Source: Octopus vulgaris
Lineage: Eukaryota
Direction of reading: 5' to 3'
DNA: 64,000 bases
NCBI GenBank assembly: GCA_951406725.2
Contig: OX597820.1
Coordinates: forward strand, 83,576,001 to 83,640,000
The notes beneath the pieces are model-generated. The model searched no databases. It had not been told where the DNA came from and saw only the letters and a program-made list of their open reading frames with translations. Position 1 is the stretch's first letter; every line of letters begins with the position of its first letter. Below, in pieces: positions 26,042-39,203 of the stretch. The position numbers were made by a program, and so were the translations under genes.

Positions 26042-26759
26042 TTAGATCGTCAAGTATGAAATTTGTACTAAGGTATATGGTAAAATTTAACAGCTGTTCA
26101 TCTTGAGCCATAATTATATTTTGACAATCTTTACTTTTCTTTAGAAAGCTGACACATCTATTTCTATATTCTAACTCATTTTGCGCTTTATAAATTTTTC
26201 GTTGTCACTATTTTTGTTTAGAGATGGATAAGTCGGAAAGTCCTACAATTTTGAAATATGAGTTCTTTCACGGAAATACAGCATCAAAGACAGCTCGGAA
26301 TATTATTGGAGCAAATGATCCTGAAAATTGCAAAAAAGAACTTAAAATAATCAACAGATCTACTCTTATTTTATTGAAAGACAGCACCAGACCACACGTC
26401 ATAACACTGACATTGGCGAAACTACAGGAGTTGGAGTTGGGAATTCTCCCTCATCCACCATACTCACCTGATCTTGCCCCCACTGACTATCACTTCTTGC
26501 AGAATTTGGATAACTTTGTAATAGGAAAAAAATTAATTCTGATGATGTGAAACAGATCTTCTAAGATTTTACTGACTCTAGATTGCCAGGCTTTTACAGT
26601 TCCGGGGTGGACAAACTACAGCTGAAATGGCAAATGTGTATTGACAATGTGTATTGACAATATGGGTGCATACTTTGATGAATACAACTGTTGCTTGTAT
26701 TTATAAAAGATTAGGATACATTTTATTCTTTTGTACATTATTTTTACTTGACGACCAAA
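26042..26759 (+). mobile_element. Internally deleted mariner (718 bp) with both TIRs and TA TSD
   Basis: TIRs TTAGATCGTCAAGTA... and (reverse complement) TTTGGTCGTCAAGTA..., with TA at 26040-26041 and 26760-26761. ORF 26224-26550 joins the HTH start (MDKSE..ILKYEF..TARNI) to LKDSTRPH...HPPYSPDLAPTDYH. Confidence 0.92.
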
Positions 26760-27355
26760 TACATTCATCACTTTCGCAAAAAAGTATTTTAGCTCTACGG
26801 ACCACTGCTAAAATATGCCCAAAACAACGTCAGAATATCAATAATTTCCCACACTGAATTGGCTCATTGCTCAATCAATATTGAAGCAAGCAACTGAAAG
26901 CTTTAAAATTTCCGGGCTTCGTTTCACACAAGTAGCTGCTAATCGCGATGAGGGGACTAGTCGCATAATGGAGAGATGCAGAACAATTTGATGTAACCGT
27001 AAATTTTATTGAGCATGTTTATAGATTATTGTAACAGTCATCGGTTGACGCATATAAAAAATACTCCGTGTATTATCCGTTGGAAAATACTCTGACAGAC
27101 ACAAACATACAAAACTAACAACAAACCCTGCCAATTTGTATTCATGAACCTTACCACGCTGTTGCATTCATGTAGCGAATTCCGAACTGAAGCACTTAGC
27201 TAATTTCATCATGTAAGGACAAAAACTTAACTTGCCGCTTGCTATACTCACGATTGCTCAATTCTGGCAAGTCTCAAGGAAAAACTAAGCTATGAGCATT
27301 AGATTCCTGGGAAAAAAAGCATTATGTATGTATGTATATATATATATATATATAG

Positions 27356-27545
27356 TCAGTCGCCATGATAGATCGTTAGCCACTACACACATTTTTTCTC
27401 TCCATGTTTTTTCTGTGTACATTTCTGTAGACGAGCGTAGGCTCGAAATGTAAAAGACTTTTTCTATTCCTGAACGTTATACTAATACATCTGTTTGTTT
27501 TGTAGACCACCTGTCTTCGTCTTTTGTTTTTTTCTCAAACTCTCC

Positions 27546-27546
<1 letters not shown>
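27356..27546 (+). mobile_element. Solo PLE pLTR with hammerhead-like motif (27422-27456), between (TA)n tracts
   Basis: Homologous to 10941-11065. Reads TTT-CTGTAGA-C-GAGC(gtag)GCTC-GAAA-TGTA-AAA. Confidence 0.8.
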
Positions 27547-27576
<30 letters not shown>

Positions 27577-27586
27577 TTTATATATA

Positions 27587-30297
27587 CTAGCTGAATCACC
27601 GCCCTCCGATCGGTCGATTCAGCTAGTAGATGTCTAAACTCCTGTTCATAAAATTGAAACTTACTTCAATTTCCTTACCGAAATTTAATTATAGACACCG
27701 TTGTCAAAGTAGCTTCCTTGCATACCCTTATACCTTGAGTCCAAAGACAATATTTGCTCATTGTTCCCAGACCCAAACAGTGCTTCGATTATCTCAGTCC
27801 ACTTTTGGTTGCTTGTCGTAATGATGAAGTGGTCTGGCTTTCCAAACTCATTCACCACAGAAATTCCAGCTTGGAAACATTACCTGTATAACAGAGAACC
27901 AGTATGTGATGGCGGAAGAATGATTTTAGAACCTTCTTCATTCATGTCACCATTTGCAGTAGTATCCAGAAGGTCCTGGTACTTCTCACCCTTAAGCTGT
28001 TTCTCATGAGTTCTCAGGAAGTGTAATTGATCTTGCCCTATATTTGCATAGTGACCTACTGCAGATTATTGCATCAGACGTCTACCTTCCATCATGCCAT
28101 TGAACTCGTCCTTTCTTACCTGAAGCCGATAAGGATAAAAGTCCCATTCAGTGATATTTTTGCTTCGGTCATTTTCTTTCAAGAGCACATTCCAGTCACC
28201 TTTCCTATAGGGAAACAGAAGTACATAATGAAGAGTGTCATAGCATTTGTGGATTTGACTAATGTAGTCTAACTTCCAATTGCTCTCTCTGTACTGCACA
28301 ACAACATTCGCAGTTTTAATGTTTGGATTATTGGTGTCATCTTCCACCATGATCACAGCAATTTCTGATGCAGTCGGTGGATTATAGATTCTCTTATGTA
28401 ACTCAGCAGTAATCAGCAGTTTGTCATGACTTATAATAATATCACTGATAGGAAATTTTCCTAGTGCAGAGTATTTCTGTTAAAAACTTTTGACATATGG
28501 ATTCTGCATATGCAGTGCTCTCTGCAAATCAAGCAGGATGATCTCATTAAGGTCAGTGTCAGCTCTTCTGAATAACAACCTGTTTCCCATCGCATATTCA
28601 GTGTCAACCAAATATAGCTCTACGTAGACTGGCTTCCTATTTATTACTGGTAGGAGACTTCCTATGCGGTGGTGCAACTTTACTTGAATCTTGAAAATAG
28701 GTTTAAAAGTACTACCACCCTGTGGTCCAACTGGTGGATTATCTAGATCAACTGAAGCCACATACAATAAATTATTGTAGTCACGAATATTTTGTTAAGA
28801 AACATTGGACTGCATACATTAACATCATAGTAGTTAGTTATTAATTCTAAGGGTTTTTTTTTATCTGTGGAACTTTGTCAATGCTAATTTATTTTTCCTT
28901 TGCCACAATAGCGGGTTGTTTTCGAAGCACGCCAATGTTAAGATTTGAAGCCAGTGCATGTTCTGTTAAAATGTTTCCACAATAGTGCAACATAAGGCTT
29001 GGCTTCTGTTTTTTCTCAGGGAATTCTGCCACATCAACTTCCATAGCCAGTCTCTGAGTGTCCGTTCCTTGCTCACAAAGTCTCGATTGGTCTCATCACT
29101 GGTTGTTTGTTTGTAGCTGCTGAATTTGTGGCAGGGACTTTTTTCCTAGAGTCTTGTTTTCTCAGCCGATCATTATTTGTCTGTGCTCCTGTTTCTTGTC
29201 GTGTTTCCATTGCACGGCTTTTCTGTGTTTTCAGCCGATTCTCAATCCTCCGAGCTTCTCTTTTTCTTGGTCTCTCCATTGCACGGGTATACTGTGTTGT
29301 GATCCGATTCTCATTCCTCCGTGCTTCCGAATCTTCTGGTCTTTTCATTGCACGGATTTCCAGTCTCATCAGCCGATCTGCATTTCTCTGTGCCTCTGTT
29401 CCGGTATTTCCATTGCACAGGTTTCTTGCATTATCCATCACTTTATTTTGTGACACGGAGATGAGTTAGGCCCTTGTCCCTCTTCTTCAATTAGCGCCTG
29501 TTGTCTTTCTTCAGCAATTTTTGTGAACGGAAATTTTTGCAGGACAGATTGTTGCCCTTTCTTTTTCTGGACATAGTGTACTTTTAAAAGCGTGAATATA
29601 TTTGACAATTATAAAGTGAAAATTTTGAGACGATTCGGCTAGAATTTGAGCTAATTTCTCTGAACGGGAAGTTTTCGCGGTATTAACTGTAAATAATTAC
29701 CTTGGATATTTATTTACAATTACATGACTCTCCCTAGACACTATTTTAAAGTGCGATTTTTCTGCTGTTGAATTGCTCTAAACGAATTTGACCATAAAAA
29801 TGTCGGAAATTTACTACTTTTTAAGGTAATAATAAAATTAGTCGAAACTATTTTCATGTAGTGGAAGGCGTAAAGTTTCTGAAATTTTCATACTTTTTAC
29901 GTCTGCTATTTCAAAATTCTACGCATGCATGAAATATCAGACGACAGTACATTCAATAATAAATTCATACACGCAACGATGTAAACAGACATAAGAATAC
30001 CTCCGATGGCCGATGTCATGAAAATAGGTCCGACAAATTTTATTAATGTCTTACAAAATACCAAATTTCCAACATTTTTATGGTGAAATTCGATTAGAGC
30101 AATTCAATAACATAAAGATCACACTTTAAGATAGTGTTTAGCGAGTATGGTGTAATTGTAAATTTCACCGAAGACTGACAGTATTTTTTTTTGCTTTCAA
30201 AAACATTTGAAAGAACATTTGAAAGAACGTAACCGGTTGAGAATGAAGTAAGATAAATTGTAAATATTTTTGTGTTTACATGAGAGAGAGAGAGAGT

Positions 30298-30352
<55 letters not shown>

Positions 30353-30452
30353 TTATGAGAGGTAATATTGTACGAAATATTTATATGTATATATATGTGA
30401 AAGAGAAACAAAATTTTTACCACAGACGTAAATACCACAATTTTAGTATAGA
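27587..30452 (-). mobile_element. Internally deleted Helitron with degenerate N-terminal RepHel
   Basis: Putative 5' end A|TCTATACTAAAATTGTGG (30452) and 3' end CTAG|T with hairpin (27587). Minus strand encodes RAMExxxExxARR repeats, NIRDYNN..FKIQVKLHHRIGSLLP..PVYVELY, RIYNPPTASEIAVI, YDTLHYVLLFPY and IILPPSHTGS...FGKPDHFIITTSNQKWTEI (Helitron_like_N). No helicase is present. Linkage of the 5' end to the ORF is inferred. Confidence 0.88.
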
Positions 30453-30489
30453 TACATACATATATAAATCTACGCCTCTATGCCTCTAT

Positions 30490-30503
30490 TTATCTATCTA
30501 TCA

Positions 30504-30575
<72 letters not shown>

Positions 30576-30602
30576 GTCTATCTATCTATCTATCTATCTA
30601 TA

Positions 30603-30656
<54 letters not shown>

Positions 30657-30718
30657 ACGATCTATATGTCTGTCTGTCTGTCTGTTTATCTGTTTGTCAG
30701 TCTATCTAGCTATTTATC

Positions 30719-30756
<38 letters not shown>
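30490..30756. repeat. (TATC)n/(TGTC)n/(CA)n microsatellite
   Basis: Directly visible. Confidence 0.95.
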
Positions 30757-30757
<1 letters not shown>

Positions 30758-30789
30758 ATAATCAGAAGATAAAAGTAAAAGAAAATCTA

Positions 30790-32470
30790 TCTAGGTTTTC
30801 CTGATCGAAATAATATTTGCCGCCATTTATCAAGCTGAAAATAATAACGGTTTCCAGTTGTCCTCTGAATGATAAGATAACGTTTAAACAAGAGGCGCCT
30901 GTTAAGAAGACAAACATTGGAGATTCTCAAGTTTTGTTCACAGATACAGTTCTTCAATATTTTTAGACCCGTTAATATAGCGTATGTACTTAGAGAGGGT
31001 TTTTCCATTTGATGTTAAAACTGGTCCCTTCCTCTTTAAATTTCTTGATTAAAGCCGAAATGATTGTTGAATGTCTTTCATCACAGTACCTAAAATTAGG
31101 AGGGTGTTTGTTATATCTAGATTTTAATTTTCCTTTCAAGACTCCCATATAACAGTTAATATTTTGTACGACCATTTTCGTAGTTTGCTGATCCTGTTCT
31201 TCATATACACCTGAAGATATATCGCACTCATCTCCAAGGTGGCATGCAGATTTGTCTCTACATGTGTATCCGGGGCAGGCTACAGTTTTCCGTGTGATAC
31301 TGCAAAAGGATCGTAGTGGTATATACTGATACTATGGCCGGTATATTTCAAATTAAGATAGTTTAATATGTACAAACCAACTAAATCGGTGTATCTGCGT
31401 CATCATGAGAACCAATTTGGACATCGAATATTTCGCATTCATTTTATTATTTGGTTCAAATAGATCCGTTACTGAACAACAATGCCTTATGTGCGTGCAT
31501 AATGAGCTTTAATGCTTGCTCATCTATAGTGATAAATGAATGTGCAAACGTTGATGCATTACGTAGAGGCGGTTCGGATATTGCTGGGTAGAAATTCGCA
31601 ATATTAAATTGTGTGAATTTTGCTTTATTTCTATTGTGGATTGATTTCAACCACGACTGCGCCGAGAAAATGTTAGTTCATATCAGCAAACTTGACGATT
31701 CATTAATTTTGTTATTAATGTTGCTTAATTGTTTTTCGTTTTGGTTGCTAAATCTAGTTCAGTCTTATCTGGATTAATTTGCCTTCACTTTGGTCTATTT
31801 AGATAGTCAGGCTTATGTTGCTTCAGTGAAAGAAATGCTTCCTCCGTGGCCGAACATTCAGTTCTTTCATCTAAATTAAATTTCTTTCCTAGGGTTTTCG
31901 CCTCCATCTTAATAGCGCTATAAATATTGATGTCAGCTTTCTTTTGTTTATTCATAATGACATTAGTTTACAATTTATCACGTACATCTCTATCTACTTC
32001 GTATAGATTGTTAGTCTTGTCCGAAATACAAATTTACTAATAGAGATTTTAATAGTCGTGTACCTATAGCCAGTTTAGATTGCAACTGGTTACAGTAAGT
32101 GTACTTACTAAACATATTCAGGAAAATAAAGTTCAGCAAATGGGTCTTGAAGGGGATAACGTCTTTAACAGGTGAGGGAAATTTCCGTGATTTAATGTCG
32201 AAATGTTTACAGGTTGTTATAAGTAATTTTATGTCAAACTCTAAGGCCTTCCATCGTAAGCATTTAACAAAGTTTACTGGTTTGCCAACGAGCATCCAAG
32301 AAACGGTAAGCAAAGCTAAGTATTCGTTTACCCTTTGGGTTCATATAATAGCACGTACATATATTCAGTTGGTTTATTCATATTAAACGTTAATTCGAAA
32401 TTTCCCAGCCATACCATCGGCATATACCGCGACGGCGCTTTCGAGGTATTGCATCTATAGGAGGGCCAGG
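30790..32470 (-). mobile_element. Penelope-like element remnant (RT N-terminal part joined to GIY-YIG)
   Basis: AFLSLKQHKPDYLNRPK*RQINPDKTEL, FNIANFYPAISE..IMHAHKALLF and YMGVLKGKLKSRYNKH..FR...IKW. Confidence 0.85.
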
Positions 32471-32728
32471 ATATAGATTCCTTTAGAATATATATACACA
32501 ATATATACACATATATATGCATACACATACATTTCTTTAGCAATGGAATGCCGAACGGTAAATATGATATAAAACTTTGTACGCATTTCTCAAAAACTGG
32601 ACAGTTCCTTATCAAGTAATCCACAACGCCCCTTGAAGATTAATTATTTTTCTTCATTACTGAATACTAATATTCATTACTAATTGACCGTTTTTCATAA
32701 TGTGTATAGTATGCCTAGATTGTATGTA

Positions 32729-32794
<66 letters not shown>

Positions 32795-33559
32795 TATATA
32801 TATGTGGAAATATAGATTCCTCTACATTGCATTCCTCCTCGTTTGTTTTCTTACACACACCCTAAAATGAATGAATTACACCTGGCAGATTACTGCTGAA
32901 GCACGGTGACATTCACAGTCTTCGTTATGTTTACGGTGTATGAAAGACCGAAGACAGAAGATACGAGAATTTTTATTAATCACCACAATTTTTCGATCCA
33001 TCTAGCATCGATCCTTCACTGGTATGCTATTTAACCACAGTACAGATGTGGATATTCGAGTAAAAAACTCATTAAAATTACAGTTCTGCATGGTATATTC
33101 TCATTCCGTGTAAAGTAAAATAGCAAATTAAAGGATATATCATCATTTATATAGAAGATGAATAATTTAAAATAATAACTGTAAAAATGAAACGAACAGA
33201 CATTACTGCGAGAAACGTATTAAAAATAAAGGGTTATCAGATATGGATGTATAAACGCCCTCAGCCACCTGCATGGGAATGCTATTTTAACGAGTTATAG
33301 AAATTTATCATCCTACGATACACATCTTCACTGCTGTATGCTCCTGAACTAGTCTCCAAGTAGCACACGCGTGAGGATTCGATGGGAGGTGTGTGGAAAA
33401 AATCGTCGTGATTAACAAGAATCCTTTTACTATCCATATTCCATCTTTTATTTACTATATGCATATATATATATATATATATGTAAATTAGAAAACAAAC
33501 ACCATAGAATTTTTCCCTGTAAGTTAGGAATAATATTCCCTCAAATGATAATAATTATT

Positions 33560-33618
<59 letters not shown>

Positions 33619-34872
33619 ATATTTATACTTGGCTGGATTTGTGAGTCTGAGTTACATGATTCTACGTATTCTGTATGAAACAAAGAAATAATGAATGGTA
33701 TGTTATGCCTGTTTGTGTTGAACTTTTCGTAAGTTATTCTTTCTTGTGTGAATTATTTCTTCATACATATTTCACGAGTTTTTTTTTTTTTGTTTTTGTT
33801 CTTCTCAGGTGTAATATCGATTGTTCCTTCGTTGTAGTGTTTCTCGGTAACATCAATTTATAAACGTTGATTTACCTCTTATCTTCAATGGAATATTTTT
33901 TTTACAGATGATAGCACATCTCTTGAATATTGTAAGCTTGATAATTATTATACTCTACCAACTTCCCTTTTTCCCCTTTCAATTTCTATTTCTCGAAGTC
34001 TTTTATATGCTTTTGCCAACAGTATGATGTTTATTTTCCCCTTCACTTTCTATTACAATTGTTGATTTTTCTCATCTTGGTTAACTCTCTTCTGTAGACT
34101 GGTTTAGAGAGTACATGGAATGTGTCTCTATTTCTTTTTTCTATTTGCTGTGGTACGATAATCTGAAATTATTCATGATACTAGATTCTGTATGCAGAAC
34201 CGGATAAACACCATATTTGGTATTATCAAATATAAGGCTATATTAATGAGTGGCTAAATTTGAAGTTTGTGGCATTCCATCTGACGACAGCTACACTCCA
34301 ATGTACTATTTGGAATTCCTTTCCGATAATATCGTATAAAAATGCAGCTATTTATAATTGCGTATATAAATGTCAGCGCTTATACATGCGCATGATTTTG
34401 CATATGTAGAAGGCATGCTGGATCTATATACATATGTAATAACTATGAGGGTGTTAATGCATGCGATTCTCTCTCTCTCTCTATCTCTCTATCTCTCTCC
34501 CTCTCCTGGACTACATAACGCTGTGTTTTGAGACAGGACCAGGAAGTCTTAGCACAACGACGTTTTCCCCGAAAATGGATATTCAACGTTGTTTTCTCCA
34601 AAAATGTATAAGCAGAAAGATGGCAACAATTCCTCATTCAAATATGCTATATTCCCTTCTGTTCACCGTCCTATTTAGAATGATTTACACTATAGCATAG
34701 AAGAGAAATAACGAAAATAGCATACAAAACGTACAGCAGTTTTCCTCTTTATTTATTCAAAGTATCAGCGCTAATGTGAACCATATTGTTTTCATAAGTA
34801 AACAAAATTGAATAAAATATACATTGTATGTGTAAATATTTGGTTGTATGTACAGCGATATGGACGTGCAGG

Positions 34873-34940
<68 letters not shown>

Positions 34941-37564
34941 TGCGTGTGTGTGTAAATGTATATAATATAACCTTCTTATATGAGGTACATACTAAATGAC
35001 AGGAAATGCTCCTGATGGGAAGCAATAAGCAACGAATCAGTATCAGCGAATAGATATACGAAAATGTTTATAAAATATATCTCCCTGTACATAAGGTATT
35101 ATGTGATGGTATATTGTAGACCAGGGCACCATTACTAACTCCGCTCACTGCATAATCAAAATTGCTTCGGTAGAATGGAGTATCTGACAAAGAGAATAGA
35201 GAGCAAAAGGCTGAAAATCTTGACTTGGTGCATGCAAATTTCTAGCAGCGATATAATTTTATAGTGTTTCGTAAATAAATATATACTACATGATAAACAC
35301 ATCTAAGTTGGAACAAAGTTATATTTTGTATATAAGGGCCTGGATCAAATTTAATCGCCTAATAATGACGAACACCTGCACAAAACTTCGAGTAATCTGT
35401 AGTAAATTCCGTTCAGACATGCTTACATTTCCCAAATGCTGTGTAAAATACGTTTCTCACTTTACATGAGTCTATATTGTGTCGGGGAATAACGTTAGTA
35501 TATTTTTCACAATACTTTACGTATCTCATAGCGTTTAACATATAGTGGGAACATTCAAACATCGTGACTATTTTTCCAAATCCACTTGCATTTCACAAAG
35601 AATTGTGATGCTTCAAAGCCATCGTAGTGCACATATCGACTGATCATGTTTGGCTTTAATTTTGTTCTGAATACGTAGACTTGTTTGCAAGAAGATACGG
35701 TAATTTCATTCTTGCTCTGCTTGCGAAAAGTTTTTGATATGCAATGAATATATAGCCTAGTCTTGTCAGCTGAGAGTTCAAGTATTAACCACAGGTATTT
35801 CCAAGATCAATCTTTATGCCCGAATATTATTGAGCCAAACAACTAGGACGAGTGGCAGAGACACATTCTATACTCATGAAGAATTGTTATTTACTTCTTT
35901 CGTCACGGCGTATTTTACTACAAAATCATGTATGGTCGCTATTCAAAAATTTTGCAGCAAATATGTCATAAGTTTCGCTATGCATTCTAAGGCATTTACA
36001 ATTCGCTTGCCTCTATTGAATATCTTTCCGTCATTCATCTCATCCAGTGTATTAATGGAAATCATCAATGAGACCAATCTATCTTGGCCATATCTGTTTT
36101 TCCTAAATTAAAACATAATCATTTTATCACTTTTTTGTTTGGTTAACACGTGATTGGCTGAAATTATTAATTCATAGTAGTTATTAGGATGTCTGCTAAT
36201 GTATTCTGAATCACTATGTCATCATTTAATGTGAAATGCCGTCGAAATTGAAGTTACATTTCAGTTTTCCGTGACGGATAAAATAGAGTAAATGTAAAGT
36301 ACAGCGGCAAATTACTAGTTTCACTATTACTCTCCACTAATTCTACACTTAATCCCTTTAGAGCTAATTATTAAAGTATCACCTACTGATATTCCGGACA
36401 TTGTATTCCACTTGTCTTTTGGATGGTTTCACAGATGAATCAAAATTATGCAATGTTTGATAAAGCATTGTAAACAATATCAACGCGTTTTAATAGCAAT
36501 ATTGTTTAATACTTTAATACTTTAATGATTAAACATTATAGATTTCTATGTCTAGTAACAAGGAAGAGTCAGAAGAACCAGTGATAAGATTAACAGACAA
36601 TATTCTTTGCACTTCGATCTTACAGTAATTACTTTTTATCGCCATGATAATACTCGACATAAATTCGCGAAATTATTGACTCTGTATTTCAATGAAACAT
36701 TTTCATAAATGAAATTAATAGAGTTATGTACGTTTCTGCAAAGGATTTGATGTTATAAATACCATGTTACATAAGAAAGGGAATCTGGACTGTAGCAGTT
36801 CTCAAGAACATAGATATATTTGGGCTTAAAACATTTGTATCGCACGCGCTAGAAAAAAATGTATCCTATGTATGCAGAGCTATCGCTGACAATTTGAACG
36901 AGAATAAGTGGCCTGACAAATTACCTCGATTCAAATTAAGCTTTCTTCGTGCATGCATATTTGAAGATAAATTAGAAAATGTAATGATACTAATAATTTA
37001 CAAAGAGTATTGAATTATAATAAAGTAATACATTACCAAATTACCAAACATGCCCCAATATAGATTTATATAAGAAATAGAATTTGAAACTTATTTGCTT
37101 CACCTCTTTTAAATATGGAATGGTAAGACAAATAATATGATGTAGGATGAACAAGATATTGATTAATAGGATAAGAATTTTGGTACGTTTTATGCGATCA
37201 TTTGTGGGGTAATTTAAAAAGGGCACAATCGATGCAACGATCAATATTGAAACAACCCAAAGCATATAAAAGATTCCTTCCCTAAGATATTAAAAAAAAA
37301 AACGAACGCAATGATACAGAATAATTTTTGAATACTGCACAATCACAACATTCAGTGAAAGAGTTTGTGAAGGAAGCTCTGTGTGGCCGATTGAACAGCA
37401 ACAAGTATTAAATACTCTACTTCTGTATTGGCCTTTTAGAAAAAAGGCGCCTAGAGCTATATTCCATACAATAGGTCAGTCAAAACAAAACAGAAGAACA
37501 GAAAAAATAGTATATTATCAACGCTGTATAAATGTTCATAAATATACTGAATGTGCGGTTCATT

Positions 37565-37960
37565 AAGGCGAACAGGTGGCAGAAACGTTAGCATATCGGG
37601 CGAAAAGCTTAGAGGTATTTCGTCTTACTTTACGTACTGAGTTCAATTTCCACCAAGGTCTACTTTGTCTTTTATCCTTTCGGGGTCGATAAATTAAGTA
37701 CCAGTTACGCACTGGGGTTGATGTAATAGACTCAATCCCTTTGCCTGTCCTTGTTTGTCCCCTCTTTGTTTAGCCCCTTGTGGGCAATAAAGAAATAGGT
37801 ACTTCGTTTGACTTTACATACTGAGTTCAATTTCCACCGGAGGTCGACTTTCTCTTTTATTCATTCGTAATCGATAATTTAAGTACCAGTTACTAGGTCG
37901 ATCCAATCTACTAGACTCATCTCCCCAAAATTCGAGCCTTGTGCCTAGAGTAGAAATGAA
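37565..37960 (+). mobile_element. Tandem SINE dimer
   Basis: Full head and body with the agccccttgtgggcaataaagaaatag tail, then a 5'-truncated second body ending gccttgtgcctagagtagaaa. Confidence 0.88.
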
Positions 37961-38979
37961 ACGAATGTGTTTTTCATTGGTAAAAACAATAAGGGCAAAA
38001 AATGACAAAACTTTTTGAATTGAAGATATTCTAATGTGAAAAAAAGACGAATAAAAGTTAACTATCCCAAGAGAGAATGCTAAAAACTAAATAAAAAAAT
38101 TGAAATATAAGATTATAATTATATTTTGTTGTTTATAACTGTGATTAAATATTTGAAATGTTGTATTAGATTATTGTATAGTGATTTATCATGACAAGTT
38201 TTCTTCACTAACACCTATTCGAAATAAATCAGTGTGTGATTGTGATAATCCCTTATCTCAGAAATTCAGACAGAAAATAATACATATAATATTACAGTTT
38301 TTGAAGTTACTGGACAGATAGAGAAAATTTGTAATAGAGTTAGAACGAGAAAAAAAAAACAGTGAGAAAATCGCGAATAGTTTTGCATTAATATAAGAGC
38401 AAAGGCACACACAAAACACTCACATACACACACACACATTCAAACTAGCACACGCATACACGCACACATATATACGGAAAGGGCAAGAGAGTGATGGAGA
38501 GAGAGGTGTTAGTGTGTCATATAGTAAGAGAAATGTGACAATGTGAACGTGATTTGCGATTGTATATAGCTATACATCATGAAAAATTAAAGCGATATGT
38601 AGTAAAATTTGATAAAATATATTCAACAGTTAATGATATTTGGCTCTGCTAGTAAAGAGTCAACGGAGACGTGAAATATTATATATAATAATAATTTATT
38701 GAGTTTGATACATTGAAAATGCCAAAGTTTATTAATAATGGTCGCAAAGGTAGTTTCAAGAAATACGAGAAACGGAGAGAAACAAAATAATCATCCTGGC
38801 AGAAAATTGCTAAGAAACATTTTAAAACAATTTCATTCGGAACAGATATTAAGATATTCGTGGGATAAGAGAGGGTAACGTCGACTCATATTGTATGACC
38901 AGTTAACATGTCTCCCTTTGATTCTTCGGAGGCTTCTTAACTTGGAATTCCTGTTGATTATACAGTAGCGAAATCCGAT

Positions 38980-39203
38980 AAGGCGGCGAGCTGGCAGAAT
39001 CGTTAGCACGCCGGACGGAATGCTTATCGGTATTTCGTATGTCTTCACATTCTGAGTTCAAATTCCGCCGAGGTCGACTTTGCTTTCCATCCTTTCGGGG
39101 TCGATTACATAAGTACCATTTACGCACTGGGGTCGATTTAATCGACTTAATCCGTTTGTCTGTCCTCTCTGTGTTTAGCCCCTTGCAGGTAGTAAAGAAA
39201 TAG
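38980..39203 (+). mobile_element. Near full-length tRNA-derived SINE (OR-type, CORE-like body)
   Basis: aaggcggcgagctggcagaatcgttagc...gagttcaaattccgccgaggtcgactttgctttccatcctttcggggtcgat...aagtacc. Confidence 0.9.

Noticed and set aside
32425-32468. Minus-strand CTATAGA...CTCGAAAGCGCCGTC at the 5' side of a PLE
   Set aside because: The position is plausible for a pLTR hammerhead, but the core and stems are too decayed to call.
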